From Oikopleura dioica (Eukaryota; Animalia; Chordata): a stretch of 64,000 nucleotides of DNA. The notes beneath the pieces were generated by a model. It had not been told where the DNA came from and searched no databases. It saw only the letters and a program-made list of their open reading frames with translations. Of the stretch, positions 61,540 to 64,000 are shown one piece after another (position 1 is the stretch's first letter; the number at the start of each line of letters is the position of its first letter). Location: the NCBI GenBank assembly GCA_907165135.1, contig OU015569.1, positions 11,656,001-11,720,000 on the forward strand, given 5' to 3'. Position numbers and translations under genes: made by a program.

Positions 61540-63432
61540 ATTTAATGTCTTTGAACTGCAGCTGGTCGAGAACTTTGCAGGGTAGTTTTGGCAGCTCGTG
61601 GCGTAGGAAACTTTGGCGCTTTTATCGGAGCTCAAGATTGAACTTTTCTTAATAAAATATTCGTAGAAATGGATGAAAATTTGAGCGCCAGTTCCTGAAG
61701 CTTTTTTCGACAAGATTTAACAAAGGTGACTCTGGATAAATGCTTCAGCGATGTTGGCTTTTCCGTCATTTTCGCGATCTAAAATTTGTTGATTCTGATT
61801 TCAATGCTTTTTCTCAACCTGATTGTGAGCGTTTTCGTCGATGATCTGCTTGGTAAGGGAGCAGAGTTTCACGCCCGTTCGTTTGCTGAATTTGAAAATG
61901 TACGGAACCAGCCAGGAAGGCATCGCGGAGTTTTTTATGTTTTGCATTTTGATGCACCAGGGAACTGGAATCGGCTTTTTCATTCGATACAACTCTTCGT
62001 AGCTCGGGTGTTCTCCTTCGCCAAAAGGACATCTAAAGGAATGAAGACAATTTAGCGGCCATTCTGTTACTTGAAAAGGTGCTCCGCGTCGAGGCCCATC
62101 TGAAGCAGTTTCGTAATGAATCGATGGTCGGAAAGAGCGCTCGCAAAAGTGGTCGGAAAGTCGCCAACTTTCAAGTTGACTTCGTGGATATCCGCGCCGT
62201 GGAGGAGCAGCATGTCGAAAATGTCAAAATTGCTCGTTCCGACCGCCACGGTGATGCATTTCAAAGGATCTGAAAAGTCCAATGAACTTCTTTCTTTCTT
62301 ATTTTTTCCTGCCTAGGTCGACTTTTGCGCCGTGCTGGAGCAACAACTCGACCGCATCGTCGTCGTTGTTGTAGACCGCAAAGTAGAGCGCTGTTTTTCG
62401 CCCGTCCTTGTACATCAGTTGTTTGTCGTTGATGCAGTGGTTCGGGTCCCAGCCGTCTTCGAGCAGCAGTTCCATCGTGTAGTAGTTGTCGGCGCGGTCT
62501 TCCAGGCAGGAAATGACTGGGCTCAGGCCCGATTCTTTGTAAATTCGACGCTTTCACAAGTTGGAAACGCCTTCGATTTTCTTGAAAACATAGAAGACTA
62601 CGTTTAAAACCAATTTTCTACTGTGCGTTTTCCAACTTTGCTTGTTAGTAACTTTGGTGAGAAGAGCGACGATAGAAATGAAATCGCCCATCGCGGCAAG
62701 ATGAATGGGAGCTCGATTTCGCTTGTCCAAAGCATTCGGATTCGCGCCATTTTCCAATAGAATCTCGCACATTTTCAAATCGCCTCGCCGCGCGGCCTCG
62801 TGAAGAGGAGTCGCTGGATTCTGGGAGGAAGATTGAGCGATGCCTGCTTTTGCAGCTCGAAAATTGGCATTGATTAGGTGCTTACTAATGTTCTTATTCG
62901 AGCAATTTTAGTATAAAACTTTATTTATTAGTTTTGTCTTGAAAATTAAAATTTCTAAATATTTATTCGCATTATTTTTAGAGCCCTTATTTTTAGCCAA
63001 GCCAGTGAGTCGCTTTCCGTCTTTTTTATCTTTTAGTACCTCGGTGAATCCAGCGCGGCCGTGTTCCACATTCGCGCCTCGCTGAAGCAAAAGCTCGGCA
63101 CATTCGGTCGAGCCAGAAATCACAGCGGTAAAGAGAGGCGTCACTCCGAAACAATCGGCCGTGTCCAAGTCGACTCCGGACATGAGAAGGTTCACCAAAA
63201 TGCGCGAAGTCTTTTTCGCCGCCGCTTCGTGCAGCGGAGTCCAGCCGCGAATGCAAGGTTGCACGGCGCTTGCTCCCGCCTGCATCAAGCAAATCACCGT
63301 TTCGAGGTTTTCTTTCTCCACGGCCAGAAAAAGTGGCGTTTCCTGCCGGTAATTCGCGTAGTTGAGCAAAGAAGCATCGTCGAATGGATTTTCTACCGCT
63401 TCCGAGTAGCGGAGGATTAGCTCGCAGCCCTC
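61540..63432 (-). CDS. ASB: Ankyrin repeat and SOCS box protein (ASB2/14/15-like); 5' end probably further upstream
   Basis: ETPLFLA, GWTPLHEA, GVTPLFTA, TPLHEAARRG, RKTALYFAV ankyrin repeats; CPFGEGEHP...VKLCSLTKQII; SOCS-like PTSLKHLSRV. 3' end uncertain. Confidence 0.8.
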
Positions 63433-63624
63433 TTAGAAAATGTCAATAGAAAGTGATACCCTTATTTTATTTCATAGAACAAAAAATTGGGGCTTAAAAT
63501 ATATTTATTTTAAAATTATTTATTAAATTTTTTCATTAAAATTTAATTTTTAAGATTAATTTTTTTATTTAAATTATTTTATTATTTTTATTTATTATTT
63601 TATTTATTTTTTATAAGAAAATTA

Positions 63625-63782
63625 GGGGAGGTGTCTGGAACCGACAAAAAAATTTCGACAAAATTTGCGTGGAAATTTTCAACCAATCAGAAACCTGGAT
63701 TCGGCAAACCGGCCAATCAGCAGCCGAGTAGCCGCCCACGCAAAATTTGTCGAAATTTTTTGTCTGTTCCAGACGCCATCCC
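63625..63782. mobile_element. Family D MITE, copy 3
   Basis: Same TIR and core; perfect TSD GAAAATTA at 63617-63624 and 63783-63790. Confidence 0.92.
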
Positions 63783-64000
63783 GAAAATTAGGAATCTACT
63801 ACTTTGGTCGAAAAACGCCGAATATTGATGGCTACCCCCTTAGCACGGGAAAACTCAGTATTGAAATTGTTCCAAATCTGCAACAAAAGTTTCAGAGTTC
63901 ATCGCTTATTATTTTCGATAGAAGAAAATTAAGAAAATTATTTGAAATTATGTTTGATAAAAGAACTTTTCACTTATTATTGCCGATAAACAAACAAATG

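Overview
Compact, AT-rich animal genomic DNA with many 35-60 nt introns, several inferred GC-AG and GA-AG introns and dense short inverted-repeat elements. These traits fit a larvacean tunicate such as Oikopleura (inference, not checked by search). About 22 protein-coding loci were reconstructed by eye. Well recognised: KDEL receptor, SoxD, TSSK kinase, MIOX, ERGIC3, claudin, C12orf65/MTRFR-like GGQ factor, ASB-like ankyrin/SOCS protein, Pin1-type parvulin and two tandem RING genes. Less familiar architectures: a degenerate kinase fused to a papain-like Cys-His-Asn domain, a TPR-like protein with a C-terminal HPD (J-like) domain, a ZZ/GRF-like zinc-finger protein, a signal-less VWA protein and a decaying C-type lectin. 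At least six non-autonomous DNA-element families are present. The dominant one (family A, about 30 copies) is a palindrome with an AP-1-like core in each TIR, up to four C-(G/A)NA-G triloop hairpins and 8-bp TSDs at some copies. It often sits at the centre of larger locus-specific inverted repeats. No rRNA, tRNA, CRISPR array or transposase ORF was recognised. All exon structures and domain calls are manual and need alignment or RNA confirmation.
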